DNA of 64,000 nucleotides from Alphaproteobacteria bacterium (GTDB taxonomy: Bacteria > Pseudomonadota > Alphaproteobacteria > MPNO01 > UBA830), in contig OZ251539.1 in assembly GCA_965243135.1 (NCBI GenBank), positions 2,912,001-2,976,000 on the forward strand, read 5' to 3'. Below are positions 1-9,610 of this stretch, piece after piece; within the stretch, counting starts at the first letter, position 1, and every line of letters starts with the position of its first letter. The notes below the pieces were generated by a model. It searched no databases. It saw only the letters and a program-made list of their open reading frames with translations, and was not told where the DNA came from. A program made the position numbers and the translations under genes.

Positions 1-850
1 CGGGCGATTCGCGGAGGCCGTCTCGGCCTGGGCGCCGGCCTCCGAAGCGATGGTCCTGCACGGCTACGGCGGGCCGAACGCCCTGGCGCTGTTCGCCGCG
101 GCGGCGCGGGTGGCGGAGTTGCGCGAGCGCCAGGCGGCGGCGGTCGCGAAGGCGCTGGCGATGCCGTCGCTGCTGGCGCTCGCCGTGGTGGCGCTGCTGT
201 GGGCGGCGGGCGGGCATTTCGTGCCGGTGCTGGAGACGATCTCGCCCCCGGAGAGCTGGACGGCGCATGCGCAGGTCTTTCGCGGCGTCTCCGTCTGGCT
301 CTACGCCAACCCCGGCACGTTTCTCGCCGCGGCGGCCGCGCTCGCCGCCGCGCTGACGGCGGCGACGCTGCTGTGGACCGGGCCCGGACGGACGGCGCTC
401 GACCGGCTGCCGCCGTTCAACCTGTACCGGATGCTGGTCGGGAGCGCGTTCCTGTTCGTCGTGCTGGAGTTCCCCAAGGCGGGGATCGACCTGAACGACC
501 GGACGTTCGAGACGCTGCGCCGCAACGCCGCTCCCTACGCGCGCCACCGCATCCGGGCGATCCAGCGCGGCATGCGCGCCGGCATGGGGATCGGCCGGGC
601 GATGGTGGCGGCCGGCCACAATTTTCCGGACCCGGCGCTGGTGCACTACATCGCCGCGCTCGAGGAGGACAGGACGTGGGCGGAGAAGACGGCCGACTTC
701 GTCGACCGCTGGGTGGCGCGGTCGGACCGGACGATGCGGGGCCGGGCGGCGGCGCTCAACGCCCTGCTGCTGTGCCTCGTGACCCTGGTGACGGGCGTGG
801 CGATGGACTCGATGTTCCGGATCCTCGACGCCGCCGGCGCCGGGCTCTGA
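1..850 (+). CDS. pilR: Type IVb pilus inner-membrane platform protein (PilR/GspF family), 5' partial
   Basis: Frame open from window start (GRFAEAVSAWAPASEAM...); several TM segments; 'GMGIGRAMVAAGHNFPD' resembles PilR; directly upstream of pilin. Confidence 0.75.
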   Translation, partial: GRFAEAVSAWAPASEAMVLHGYGGPNALALFAAAARVAELRERQAAAVAKALAMPSLLALAVVALLWAAGGHFVPVLETISPPESWTAHAQVFRGVSVWLYANPGTFLAAAAALAAALTAATLLWTGPGRTALDRLPPFNLYRMLVGSAFLFVVLEFPKAGIDLNDRTFETLRRNAAPYARHRIRAIQRGMRAGMGIGRAMVAAGHNFPDPALVHYIAALEEDRTWAEKTADFVDRWVARSDRTMRGRAAALNALLLCLVTLVTGVAMDSMFRILDAAGAGL

Positions 851-862
851 GAGGAGGTCGCG

Positions 863-1456
863 ATGGGAAAGTTCCGCCGCCGGGCGCGCCGCGGCAACGC
901 CGTGTTCAGCGTCATGCTCGGCATGGCGCTGGTGGCGGTGGCGATCGCCGGCGCGATCGCCTGGTACAACACGGCGCGGGAGACCGCCAACCGCACCCAG
1001 GCGATCGCGTTGCTGAACGCGCTGCGGTCGGGGATCGAGGCGGTGTATTCGGGTTCGCCCAGCTTCGGCAACGGCGCGAACCTGATCGCGACGCTCGACC
1101 GCCGCGGCCACATTCCCGATTCGGCGCGGGTGCGGATCGCCGCGGCGGGAACGTCGGGGACGCCCGGCTTCCAGGCGGCGCGCACCGAGATCCGCCACCC
1201 CTTCGGCGGCCTGGTGACCGTGACCGGCGGGCCCGGCGGCAACGTCAACCAGTTCCGCGTCACCTTCGAGAGCGTCGACGACGAAGTGTGCGCGGCGATG
1301 GCCGACGCCTACGCCGACCGCACCCGCGGGCGGAGCGGCATCGTCAACCTCGTGATCAACGGGACGACGCTGGCGGCGCCGGTCACCATCGCCCAGGTGA
1401 CGGCGAACTGCGACGACGGCGCCGCCGCCAACGACATCGGGTTCACCTTCGGATGA
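863..1456 (+). CDS. pilS: Type IVb major pilin
   Basis: Basic leader ending in G (RRARRG), hydrophobic helix, 'HPFGGLVTV', two C-terminal Cys; RBS GAGGAGG. Confidence 0.75.
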   Translation: MGKFRRRARRGNAVFSVMLGMALVAVAIAGAIAWYNTARETANRTQAIALLNALRSGIEAVYSGSPSFGNGANLIATLDRRGHIPDSARVRIAAAGTSGTPGFQAARTEIRHPFGGLVTVTGGPGGNVNQFRVTFESVDDEVCAAMADAYADRTRGRSGIVNLVINGTTLAAPVTIAQVTANCDDGAAANDIGFTFG

Positions 1457-2577
1457 CGGCCCGCCGCGCCCGCCGGGGCGCCGCCTCCCTTCTCGGCGCG
1501 CTGCTGGCCGCGGCCCTGGCCGGGACGTGGCTCGCGGCCTGGCACGCGGCGCGCGACGGGGAGCGGCGCCAGGCGATCGACCGCGCCGGCGGCCGCGCGT
1601 TCGGAACCTGGGTGCTGGCCGTCCACCGGGCGTCCCAGGAGGGCGGCGCCGCCTCGCGCCTCGGGCGGGCGCTTCCCGCGGTTCTCGCCCCGGCCGATCT
1701 GCGCGGCCTCGGCGCGGCGGTTCCGCCGGGCCTGCCGGACGCCCCGGGGGGCGCTTTTCTCGGGACGATCGACGACGGCCGCGGCGTCGAAACCGCGTTC
1801 GGGGTGCTGGAGCCCGGGCCGAACGCCTCGGCCGCCGATCTGCGGGCGGGCGCGCTGGCGGCCGGCCTCGCCGGCGTCGGGGAGGTCGGAATCGCGTCGT
1901 CGATGTCCGGACATCTTCCGGCGATCGCGGCGGCGATGGGACGGCAGCCGGCGGCCGGGGCGCTCTACGTCACGGCCGATCTCGGCCTTCGCTACCGCGA
2001 AGGACGGCTGCACCGCAGGCGGCAGCCGGGGCGGCCGCATCTGAACCGCATGGAGACGGCGCTCGACCTGAACGGCGACGCCGCCGCGACGCCGCCGGTC
2101 GCCGGACAGGCCGTGACCAACGCCGGCGCGCTGGCCGGCGACGCGGCGGAAGCGTCCGGCGCGGTTTCGGCCGGCGGCGCGGTCTCCGTCGCCGGCGACG
2201 CGCTGGCGAGGGGCGATCTCGCGGCGGCATCCCTCTCCGCCGGACAGGCGGGAGCCGCCTCCCTCGCCGTCGCGCGCGAACTGACGGCCGGCAGCCTCGG
2301 CGTGCCGGGCGCGGCGAGCGCGGCCGGGGTCCGGATTTCGGGCCGGTTGCGCGCCGCCTCCGTCGGCCTGACCGGCGCGCTCTTCGCCGCCGACCTGGTT
2401 ATCGGCGAGGGCTTCGACGTCGCGGGCACGGCCGGATCGGCGGTTCTGAACGCCGCGTCCTTCCGGGCGGGCGGGCGGTTGACCGCGGGCGGCGTCCGGG
2501 CCGCGGTCGCGGCGGGGACCCCCTCCGCCGCGATCTCCGGAACCGTGTCCGCCGGTTCCTGCGCCGGGTGCAAGTAG
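1453..2577 (+). CDS. PilV-like minor pilin/adhesin, copy 1
   Basis: ATG overlaps pilS stop (ATGA); prepilin-like N-terminus MTARRARRG; 'HLNRMETALDLNG'; Ala/Gly/Val-rich tail ending SCAGCK. Confidence 0.6.
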   Translation: MTARRARRGAASLLGALLAAALAGTWLAAWHAARDGERRQAIDRAGGRAFGTWVLAVHRASQEGGAASRLGRALPAVLAPADLRGLGAAVPPGLPDAPGGAFLGTIDDGRGVETAFGVLEPGPNASAADLRAGALAAGLAGVGEVGIASSMSGHLPAIAAAMGRQPAAGALYVTADLGLRYREGRLHRRRQPGRPHLNRMETALDLNGDAAATPPVAGQAVTNAGALAGDAAEASGAVSAGGAVSVAGDALARGDLAAASLSAGQAGAASLAVARELTAGSLGVPGAASAAGVRISGRLRAASVGLTGALFAADLVIGEGFDVAGTAGSAVLNAASFRAGGRLTAGGVRAAVAAGTPSAAISGTVSAGSCAGCK

Positions 2578-3672
2578 ATGGGCCTGTTCGCCGCCTTGCT
2601 GGCCGCGGCGCTGACGGCGATCCTCGCCGCCGGCGGCTTCGAGTGGCTGTCGGCGCGGGCGATGGACGAACGCGTCCGCCTCGCCGGGCGGCAACATGCG
2701 GCGCTCGCCGACGCCGTGGCGGCCTACGTCGACGGCAATTTCCCGGCGCTGCTCGCCGCGGCGCAGGGCGGCCCGTCGCGGATCGCGATCGCCGATCTCC
2801 GCGCCGCCGGCGTCCTGCCGGCCGGCTGGCCGCAGGTCGACGCGCTCAGGCGCCGGCCCGAGATCCTGATGCTGGCCGACGGCGCGAACGCGGTCCGCGT
2901 CCTCGTCGCCCAGCGGGTGCCGGCGGGCGACGCCGTCGATCCTTCGGCGGCGCTGTTCCAGGACTCCGGCGGCATCCGGCTGGGCCTCGTTCCCCCCGAG
3001 GCGGCGACCCGGCTGCGGGGACCGTTGATCGATCTCGACGTCTCCGGGTTTCAGGGGGCGTTCTCCGGCGCGCCCGCCGCGCGGGCGCTCGCCGCCTTCA
3101 GCCGCCACGACCACCGGACCGTCTACGGCGACGCGCTCTACCGCACCGCCGTGCCGGGGTTTCCGGAGGCGAACCGCATGGAGACCGCGCTCGACATGAA
3201 CGGCAACGACATCACGGGCGCCGGCGAGATCTCGGCGCAGTCGCTGGCGATCGCGCAGGAGCTGACCGTGCAGGGCGACCTCACGGCGGCGGCCGGGCTC
3301 TCGGTCGGAGCCGGGCTGACCGTCGCCGGCGCGGCCTCGGTCGCCGGGTCGCTGACGGCCGGCGACGCCGCGGTGACCGGACGGGCGACGAGCGCCACGC
3401 TCTCGGTCGCGGGCGACGCGACGATGGGAACCCTGACCGCGACCGGCGCCGTGCGGGCGCCGTCGGCGCGGATCTCCGGGACGGCGGCGGCCGGTTCCGC
3501 ACGGGCGACGCGGCTGTCGGCCGACAGCGTCACGGCCCGGACGGTGCACGCCTCGGCCTCGGCGCGGGTCGCGGGAACCGTCCAGGCGCGCAGCGTCCTC
3601 GCGACGGGCTCGATCGGCGCCGCCTCCGGCGTCTTCCGGAGGCTCACGGTCGGGAGATGCTACGGATGCTGA
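2578..3672 (+). CDS. pilV: PilV-like pilus tip adhesin, copy 2
   Basis: 'ALADAVAAYVDGNF' and 'LYRTAVPGFPEANRMETALDMNGNDI' match PilV constant-region motifs; tail ends RCYGC. Confidence 0.7.
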   Translation: MGLFAALLAAALTAILAAGGFEWLSARAMDERVRLAGRQHAALADAVAAYVDGNFPALLAAAQGGPSRIAIADLRAAGVLPAGWPQVDALRRRPEILMLADGANAVRVLVAQRVPAGDAVDPSAALFQDSGGIRLGLVPPEAATRLRGPLIDLDVSGFQGAFSGAPAARALAAFSRHDHRTVYGDALYRTAVPGFPEANRMETALDMNGNDITGAGEISAQSLAIAQELTVQGDLTAAAGLSVGAGLTVAGAASVAGSLTAGDAAVTGRATSATLSVAGDATMGTLTATGAVRAPSARISGTAAAGSARATRLSADSVTARTVHASASARVAGTVQARSVLATGSIGAASGVFRRLTVGRCYGC

Positions 3673-3923
3673 GAATTCTCGCCTTCCTTTTCCTGGCGTT
3701 TCCCGCCGCCGCCCAGCCGCCGCCCGCCCAGCGGGCCGCGCTCGCGGCCATGGAACGGCTGCGCGCCGATATCGTCGTGCTCGACGGGCTGGCCGCGGCG
3801 CAGGAGGCGCTGCTCGCCCGCAACCGGGGGCTGGAGCGGGCCGAGGCGCTGCCCGGGGAGATCTGCCGCGATCTCGGCGACTGGTGCCGGCTTCTCCCCG
3901 CCACTTTCGGAGCCGAACGATGA
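3666..3923 (+). CDS. Small exported hypothetical protein (85 aa)
   Basis: Signal peptide MLRILAFLFLAFPAAA; overlaps both neighbours; two Cys; alternative ATG at 3657. Confidence 0.55.
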   Translation: MLRILAFLFLAFPAAAQPPPAQRAALAAMERLRADIVVLDGLAAAQEALLARNRGLERAEALPGEICRDLGDWCRLLPATFGAER

Positions 3924-4990
3924 CGGACGCGCTCGCCTTCGCCGGCATCGCCGGTTGCCTCTCGTGGATCGCCGCGCGGGACGCGCGGCGCTTCAGGATA
4001 GATCCGTTGGCGGTGTCGCTCCTGGCCGCGATCGGGGCGATCTGGCGGCTCGCGGCGCCCGGCCCCCTGACCGCGAGCCTGGTCGACGCGGGTCTCGGCG
4101 CGGCGCTCGGACTCGCTTTCGCCGCGCTGCCGATCGCCGCCGCGCAGGCGCTCGGACGGCGCTGGCCGGTGATGCCCGGCGACGGCCTGCTTCTCGGCGC
4201 GGCCGGCATTCCGCTCGGCCCCCTCGGCGTCGCCTGGGCGACGGCTGCCGGCTGCCTCTGCGCCGTCGTTCACCGGGTTTGCGTGCAGCGCCGCCGCCGC
4301 CGGCCCGTCGCTTCCGGCTACGCGCCGCTCGCGCCCGGGCTCGCGGTCGGCGCCATGATCGCGCTGTCGGGAGGGCCGCTCGCCCAGGGAATCGCGGCGA
4401 CCGAGATTCGGACGCCGCCCCCGGCGCTGCCCGCGGAATTCGCCCGAAGGGAGGCTTCCCTCGCGGTGCTCGAGCCGGTTTCCTTTCCGGAACTGGCGCG
4501 GCGGATTTCCGGGGCCGCGGGGGTTCCCGTCGAGATCGAGGAGCGTCCCTCCCGGATCGCGGGCGGCGCCGCCGACCTGCCCGATCCGCCGCCGATCGCG
4601 CTTTCCTTCGAGGGGGCGCTGCCCGGACTGCTGCGCCTCGCCGCGCGGCGCTCCGGCTACGACTGGACCTGGCGCGGCGGCGCGGTCGTCTTCTACCGGC
4701 ATCGCGACGCCGCGCAGCGCGCGCCCGAAAAATCCCCGGACGCCGCCCCCGCCTGGCTGGTCGATTCGTCCCGCCACGGGACGCTGCGGGCGGTGCTGGA
4801 GGCGTGGGCGGAGCGGGCGGGATGGCGGATCGTCTGGCGCGCCGCCGGCCGCTACGCGATCGACGCCGACGCGGCGTTCGACCGGCCGGATTTCCTGGCG
4901 GCGGTGGACGCGCTGCTCGCCGACGCGCCGCGCGGGCTCACCGCCACCGCGTGGAGGGGCAACCGGCATCTGGTGATCGACGACCGATGA
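3920..4990 (+). CDS. Prepilin peptidase (A24-like) fused to periplasmic secretin-N-like and TcpQ-like domains
   Basis: Multi-TM N-half with Asp in 'AARDARRFRI' and 'MPGDGLLLG'; C-terminal 'TLRAVLEAWAERAGWRIVW' TcpQ/PilL-like motif; ATGA overlaps. Confidence 0.6.
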   Translation: MTDALAFAGIAGCLSWIAARDARRFRIDPLAVSLLAAIGAIWRLAAPGPLTASLVDAGLGAALGLAFAALPIAAAQALGRRWPVMPGDGLLLGAAGIPLGPLGVAWATAAGCLCAVVHRVCVQRRRRRPVASGYAPLAPGLAVGAMIALSGGPLAQGIAATEIRTPPPALPAEFARREASLAVLEPVSFPELARRISGAAGVPVEIEERPSRIAGGAADLPDPPPIALSFEGALPGLLRLAARRSGYDWTWRGGAVVFYRHRDAAQRAPEKSPDAAPAWLVDSSRHGTLRAVLEAWAERAGWRIVWRAAGRYAIDADAAFDRPDFLAAVDALLADAPRGLTATAWRGNRHLVIDDR

Positions 4991-5442
4991 GAGCCGCGGC
5001 CCTCCTCCTCCTGCTTCTTCCGGGCGCCTGCGCGCCGCCGCCGGAACCGCCCCCCGATCCCGCCGAGCTGCGCCTGACCGAAGCGGCGGTGCGCGCGGAA
5101 GCCTCGCTCGCGGCGCTGGCGCGGACGTCCGGGACCGAGCCCGCGCCGGCGCCCCGCATCGTGCCCGAGCCGTTGTTGCGGCGGGTCACGGCGGACTGGA
5201 CCGGCCCTCTGGAGACCCTGGCGGCGCGGCTGGCCGGGCAGGCGGGCTACGCGTTCGCGGCGGCGGGACCGCGGCCCGTCCGTCCGCCGATCGTCGAGCT
5301 GCGGGCGAAGGCGCAGCCGTTGATCCTCGTCTTCCGCGATCTCGGCCTCCAGGCCGGAAGCGCCGCCGCGCTCACCGTCGACGCCGACCGCGGGCGGGTC
5401 CAGCTCGACTGGCTGCCGCCGTCCCGGGAGGAGGACCCGTGA
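4987..5442 (+). CDS. dotD: DotD/TraH family lipoprotein
   Basis: Lipobox LPGAC; 'DWTGPLETLAARLA..AGYAF', 'DLGLQAG'; precedes dotC-dotB. Confidence 0.8.
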   Translation: MRAAALLLLLLPGACAPPPEPPPDPAELRLTEAAVRAEASLAALARTSGTEPAPAPRIVPEPLLRRVTADWTGPLETLAARLAGQAGYAFAAAGPRPVRPPIVELRAKAQPLILVFRDLGLQAGSAAALTVDADRGRVQLDWLPPSREEDP

Positions 5443-6239
5443 AGCGGCCGGCCCTGCTTTTCCTGGCGCTCAGCCTTCCGGCCCGGGCCGCCGACCCGCC
5501 CCCGTCGCTGGAGGCGCTGCACGACGCCCGCCCCGCCCGCGAGCTGGCGGCGGAATTCGCGGAGGAGAAGCGCCGCGCCGCGATGCGGACGGCCGCCCGC
5601 TCCTTCGGATCCCGCGCCGGGCTGGCCCGGCGGACCTGGGAGATCGGGCGCATGCTGGGGCGGTTCGCTCCCGCCCTCGACGGCGTCTACCGCTTTCGCC
5701 GCCTGATGCTGCGGCGCGAGGGGTTCCTGCTGCATCCGCCGGTCCTCGCCGCGACCTCGGACGCTTTCCGGCTGGACCGCGAGGGCGGCCGGGCGGCGGC
5801 GGCGCGCCGCGTGATCCGGATCGTCTCGCCGGCGCGCATCGTCCCGGCGCCGCCGTCGTGGCGCGGCTATCTGGTCCGCTCGTGGCGGCCGGCCGAGCCC
5901 CCGGTCTCGCCGCTGTTCCCGAGGGACGCCGCCGAGAAGGCGGATTGGCGCCGCTGGCTGGCCGAGGGGTGGCGAGCCGGCCGGACGCTTGCCGACGACG
6001 TGTTCGCCGCCGACCTCGACCGGCTCAACCGCGACTTCGAAGGCGCCGTGCTGTGGCGGCGCCTGCACGCCGCCCGGATGGTCACCGCGCCCTCGGTCGA
6101 GGCGGCGCGCGCCGGCGTCGCCGGCCACGAAAAGCTGATGCGGATCGGCGAGACGACGGTGACGCTCGGCGCGCCGGCCCGTCTCGAACTCGACGCCGCC
6201 CGCTGGCGTCCGGCAGTGGAAGGAGAGAAGAATGACTGA
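5439..6239 (+). CDS. dotC: DotC/TraI family protein
   Basis: 'LDGVYRFRRLML', 'PPSWRGYL', 'RLNRDFEG'; dotDCB synteny. Confidence 0.85.
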   Translation: MKRPALLFLALSLPARAADPPPSLEALHDARPARELAAEFAEEKRRAAMRTAARSFGSRAGLARRTWEIGRMLGRFAPALDGVYRFRRLMLRREGFLLHPPVLAATSDAFRLDREGGRAAAARRVIRIVSPARIVPAPPSWRGYLVRSWRPAEPPVSPLFPRDAAEKADWRRWLAEGWRAGRTLADDVFAADLDRLNRDFEGAVLWRRLHAARMVTAPSVEAARAGVAGHEKLMRIGETTVTLGAPARLELDAARWRPAVEGEKND

Positions 6240-7350
6240 AGCGTTCTGGGATCCCGCGGAATTCGCGTTTCCGGCGGAGCGGCTGGACGAATTCCTGCTC
6301 TGGGCCCGCGACCGCGGCGCCTCCGACATCTCCTTCCAGACCCGGCAGCCGGCCTTCGTCGAGATCGACGGCGCGCTGCGCCGCGCCACCGCCTGCGTCC
6401 TCGACGGCCCGGCCATGGGCCGCCTCGCCGACCTCGTGCACGGCGCCACGGCCGAGGGCGTCCTGCGGTCGGGGAAGGCGCTCGACGGCTCGCGCGCGGT
6501 GCCCGTCGACAGGATCGGCTCGCGGCGGTTCCGCTACAACCTCGCGCCGGTGCAGGCCGCGGAGGCGTTCGGCATCAACCTCACCCTGCGCGCCCTGCCG
6601 GACGCCGTGCCGGAACTGGCCGATCTCGGCGTCGACGGGGAGATCGCGTCCGCGTGGGAGGACTGCCGCGGCCTGACCCTGGTGACCGGGGTTCCGGGCA
6701 GCGGCAAGTCGACGCTGCTCGCCGCCGGCACGCGGCGGCTGCTGGAGCGCGGCGCCGGACGGATCCAGTCCTACGAAAGCCCGATCGAGTTCGCCTTCGA
6801 CGGCATCGGCGGCGCCGGGGCGCAGATGTCGTCGTCCGAGATCCCGAAGCACTTCGCCACCTTCGCCGAAGGGTTGCGCTCCTCGTTGCGCCGCCGCCCG
6901 GCCGCCGTGATCGTCGGCGAGGCGCGCGACCGGGAGACCGTGGAGGCGGTGGTCCGCGCCGCCGACTTCGGCATCGCCGTCTACTCCACCGCCCACACGC
7001 TGGGCGTCGCCTCGGCGATCCGCCGCATGATCGCGGAATTCCCGGCGGAGGAACGGGCGGAGCGCGGCGCCGCGCTGCTCGACGTGCTCCACCTTGTGGT
7101 CGCCCAGATGCTGCTGCCGAATCCCGAGGGCGGCCGCACCGCGATCCGCGAGTGGCTGATCTTCGACGCCGCCTTCAAGGCGCGGCTGATGGAAGCGCCG
7201 CCCGCCGAGTGGGCGCCGCGCATCGCCCGCGAACTGGAGAACCGCGGCAACGGCATCGCCAGGGCCGCCGCCGGCGCGCATCTCGACGGGCGGATCTCCG
7301 ACAGGGATCTGGGGCGCGTCCAGGCGCTCGCGCCCGGGACGGACCCGTGA
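6232..7350 (+). CDS. dotB: DotB/TraJ PilT-like ATPase
   Basis: ASDI, Walker A GVPGSGKST, Asp box YESPIE, Walker B IVGEARD, His box STAH. Confidence 0.9.
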   Translation: MTEAFWDPAEFAFPAERLDEFLLWARDRGASDISFQTRQPAFVEIDGALRRATACVLDGPAMGRLADLVHGATAEGVLRSGKALDGSRAVPVDRIGSRRFRYNLAPVQAAEAFGINLTLRALPDAVPELADLGVDGEIASAWEDCRGLTLVTGVPGSGKSTLLAAGTRRLLERGAGRIQSYESPIEFAFDGIGGAGAQMSSSEIPKHFATFAEGLRSSLRRRPAAVIVGEARDRETVEAVVRAADFGIAVYSTAHTLGVASAIRRMIAEFPAEERAERGAALLDVLHLVVAQMLLPNPEGGRTAIREWLIFDAAFKARLMEAPPAEWAPRIARELENRGNGIARAAAGAHLDGRISDRDLGRVQALAPGTDP

Positions 7351-7607
7351 AGGAAGTCCAGTGGAGGGATTCGATGCGTCCGGTCCGCGCCTTCGGCTTC
7401 GACGCGCGCCTGCTGTTCCTGTTCGCTCCCTGGCTGTTCTTTCCCGGGTGGTGGACGACCGCGGCGCTGCTGCTCGCGATCGCCGCGCTCAGAATCGCGG
7501 AAGCCCGCGGCTACCGCCTCGGCACGGCGCTGCGGGCGGTCCGCGCCGCCGCCGCCGGGCGGCGGCCGGCGCTCTACGCCGTCCGGCGCTTCGTGGATTA
7601 CGGCTGA
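7347..7607 (+). CDS. icmT: IcmT/TraK family small membrane protein
   Basis: GTG overlapping dotB stop; 'WRDSMRPVRAFGFDAR' signature; 86 aa. Confidence 0.8.
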   Translation: MKEVQWRDSMRPVRAFGFDARLLFLFAPWLFFPGWWTTAALLLAIAALRIAEARGYRLGTALRAVRAAAAGRRPALYAVRRFVDYG

Positions 7608-8185
7608 TGGCGGCGGCAGCCCTTCTCCTCGCCGCCCCGCCGGCGCCGGCGGAATTCCGCTACGTCGCGCCGCCCGGCGTCCGGCCCAGCCTCGCGGTCG
7701 CCGGCGACACGCTCGCGCAGGTCCTGCGGCGCATGGTTCCGCATCTCGCGCCGCGGTTCGACCGGCGCGTCGACGCCGGCCGCCGCGTCGCGCGCGACTA
7801 TCCGGACTGGCAGGCGCTGTTGTGGGGCGAGGGCCTCGCCTGGAGCCGCCGCGGCGAGGAGCTTCACGTCCGCCCGGCCGGGATCGCGGCGGGGGACGCG
7901 GATCTGGCGGCGCCCGGAAGCGCCCTGTGGAGGATCGCCGCGGGCGAGACCCTGCAGGCCGCCCTCGAACGCTGGGCGGCCCGCGCCGGGGCGCATGTCG
8001 TCTGGCTCACCGACCGGCAGTGGCGGCTGCACGAGACCCGCGTTCTGCGCGGCACCTTCGCCGAGGCGGTCCGTTCCCTCCTGTTCGGGTTGAGCCATCT
8101 CCCGCATCCGCCCGCGGGAGAACTCCGCGAGCGCTCCCTCGCCGTCATGCACCGGTTGCGGACGCGCGGGAGAGACGAACGATGA
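7607..8185 (+). CDS. TcpQ-domain (PilL-like) exported protein
   Basis: TGATG overlap; signal peptide; 'WRIAAGETLQAALERWAARAGAHVVW...GTFAEAVRSL'. Confidence 0.65.
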   Translation: MAAAALLLAAPPAPAEFRYVAPPGVRPSLAVAGDTLAQVLRRMVPHLAPRFDRRVDAGRRVARDYPDWQALLWGEGLAWSRRGEELHVRPAGIAAGDADLAAPGSALWRIAAGETLQAALERWAARAGAHVVWLTDRQWRLHETRVLRGTFAEAVRSLLFGLSHLPHPPAGELRERSLAVMHRLRTRGRDER

Positions 8186-8985
8186 AGCGCTCGGCCGGCG
8201 GACGACGCGGACGGGTCGCGGGCCGGGCGGGGCTCCTTCTCCTGCCGGCGCTGTTCGGACCCGCCGCGGGACAGGACGTGATTTCCGCGCTGAAGGAGAA
8301 GGGCGCTTCGATCCGTCCGCTCGGCGAGCGCGGCGGACTCGCCGGCCATCTGGTGACCCTGTCCGGAGGGGAAAGCTACACCCTCTATCTGACGCCGGAC
8401 GGCCACGCGGTCGCCGGCCTGCTTTACGATCCCGGAGGCGGGCTGGTGACGTCGCGCCAGCTCGCCGCTTCGCCCCCGGCGACCGCCGCGCCGCGGGACG
8501 TCGCGCGGCCGGCCGCGCCGGGATCCGCCGCGGCCCTGTTCCGCGACACCCTCTCGGCCTTCGGCTTCACGATCGGCGACCGCGGCCCGACAGTGGCCGT
8601 CTTCGCCGATCCCGGTTGCCGCTGGTCGAACGCGACCGTCGCCGCGCTCGCCGGCGAGGCGCGGCGGGGCGAGATCCGCCTCCGCGTCCTCCCGCTCGGC
8701 CTCCTCGGCGGGATGTCCGCGGCCCGCGCCGCCGCGATCGCGTCGAGCTCCGATCCCGCCGCCGCCTGGTTCGATCCGGCGCAGGCTCCGGAACCCCGCC
8801 CGGACGGCGCGCTGGCCGTCGAACGCAACGACTGGATCTTCGACCGCTGGCGAAAGGGCGGGGTGCCGCTGATTCTCTGGAGGCGGCCGGCGGACGGGCG
8901 CATCGGCTGGCGGGTCGGCGACGTCGGCGACGCGCGCCGCTGGCTGCGGCGGACGTTCCGCCCGGGGGACGGACATGGCGGTTGA
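8182..8985 (+). CDS. DsbG/DsbC-like thioredoxin-fold protein with CxxS active site
   Basis: DsbG-like N-domain 'LYLTPDGHAVAGLLYD', 'VFADPGCRWS', cis-Pro loop 'GVP'. Confidence 0.7.
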   Translation: MKRSAGGRRGRVAGRAGLLLLPALFGPAAGQDVISALKEKGASIRPLGERGGLAGHLVTLSGGESYTLYLTPDGHAVAGLLYDPGGGLVTSRQLAASPPATAAPRDVARPAAPGSAAALFRDTLSAFGFTIGDRGPTVAVFADPGCRWSNATVAALAGEARRGEIRLRVLPLGLLGGMSAARAAAIASSSDPAAAWFDPAQAPEPRPDGALAVERNDWIFDRWRKGGVPLILWRRPADGRIGWRVGDVGDARRWLRRTFRPGDGHGG

Positions 8986-9610
8986 TCCGGCGATCGAGGC
9001 GGCGGGCCGCAACGTCCTCTACCAGACGGACCAGCACCGCGCCTGGCGCCGCGCGGCGCTCGGCATGCTGGCCGGCTGGCTGGTCACCGCCGCCGCCTTC
9101 GCCCTCTACCTCGCCGGCCACGACACCGTCTACGTCGCGGTCGCGGCGACGCCCGACGGCCGGCTGGTCGAGCTCACGCCGCTCTCCGAGCCGATCATGT
9201 CCGACGCCGCCCTGAAGAACTGGACCGTCGCGGCGGTGACCGAAGCGTTCACCCTCGGCCATCACGACTGGCGGATGCGGTTGTCGGCGATCCGCGAGCA
9301 TTTCACGGACGACGGCTACGACGGCTTTCTGGAGGGTCTGGAGAAGTCGCAGTTCCTGACCCGGCTTCGCGACAACCTCCAGGTCGCCTCGACCGTGGCG
9401 CGGGGCGCGCCGGTCATCACCGACACCCGGCTGTTCGGCGGCCGGGTCGGCTGGCAGATGGAATTCCCGATCCTCGTCACCTTCCAGGCCGGCCGCCGCC
9501 GCGTCGACCAGGATCTCGTCGCCCGCGTCCTCGTCCTCCGCGTGCCGCTGTCCGAACGGTTCCGCGGCATCGGCATCGCCCAGCTGATCGCCGCCAGGGG
9601 GAGCGGATGA
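8975..9610 (+). CDS. dotI: DotI/IcmL/TraM family protein
   Basis: Single TM, 'TPDGRLVELTPLSEP', 'FTDDGYDGFLEGL', 'GIGIAQL'. Confidence 0.9.
   Translation: MAVDPAIEAAGRNVLYQTDQHRAWRRAALGMLAGWLVTAAAFALYLAGHDTVYVAVAATPDGRLVELTPLSEPIMSDAALKNWTVAAVTEAFTLGHHDWRMRLSAIREHFTDDGYDGFLEGLEKSQFLTRLRDNLQVASTVARGAPVITDTRLFGGRVGWQMEFPILVTFQAGRRRVDQDLVARVLVLRVPLSERFRGIGIAQLIAARGSG

Noticed and set aside
2578-3923. Shufflon downstream of pilV
   Set aside because: No repeated sfx-like sites, inverted cassettes or tyrosine recombinase seen
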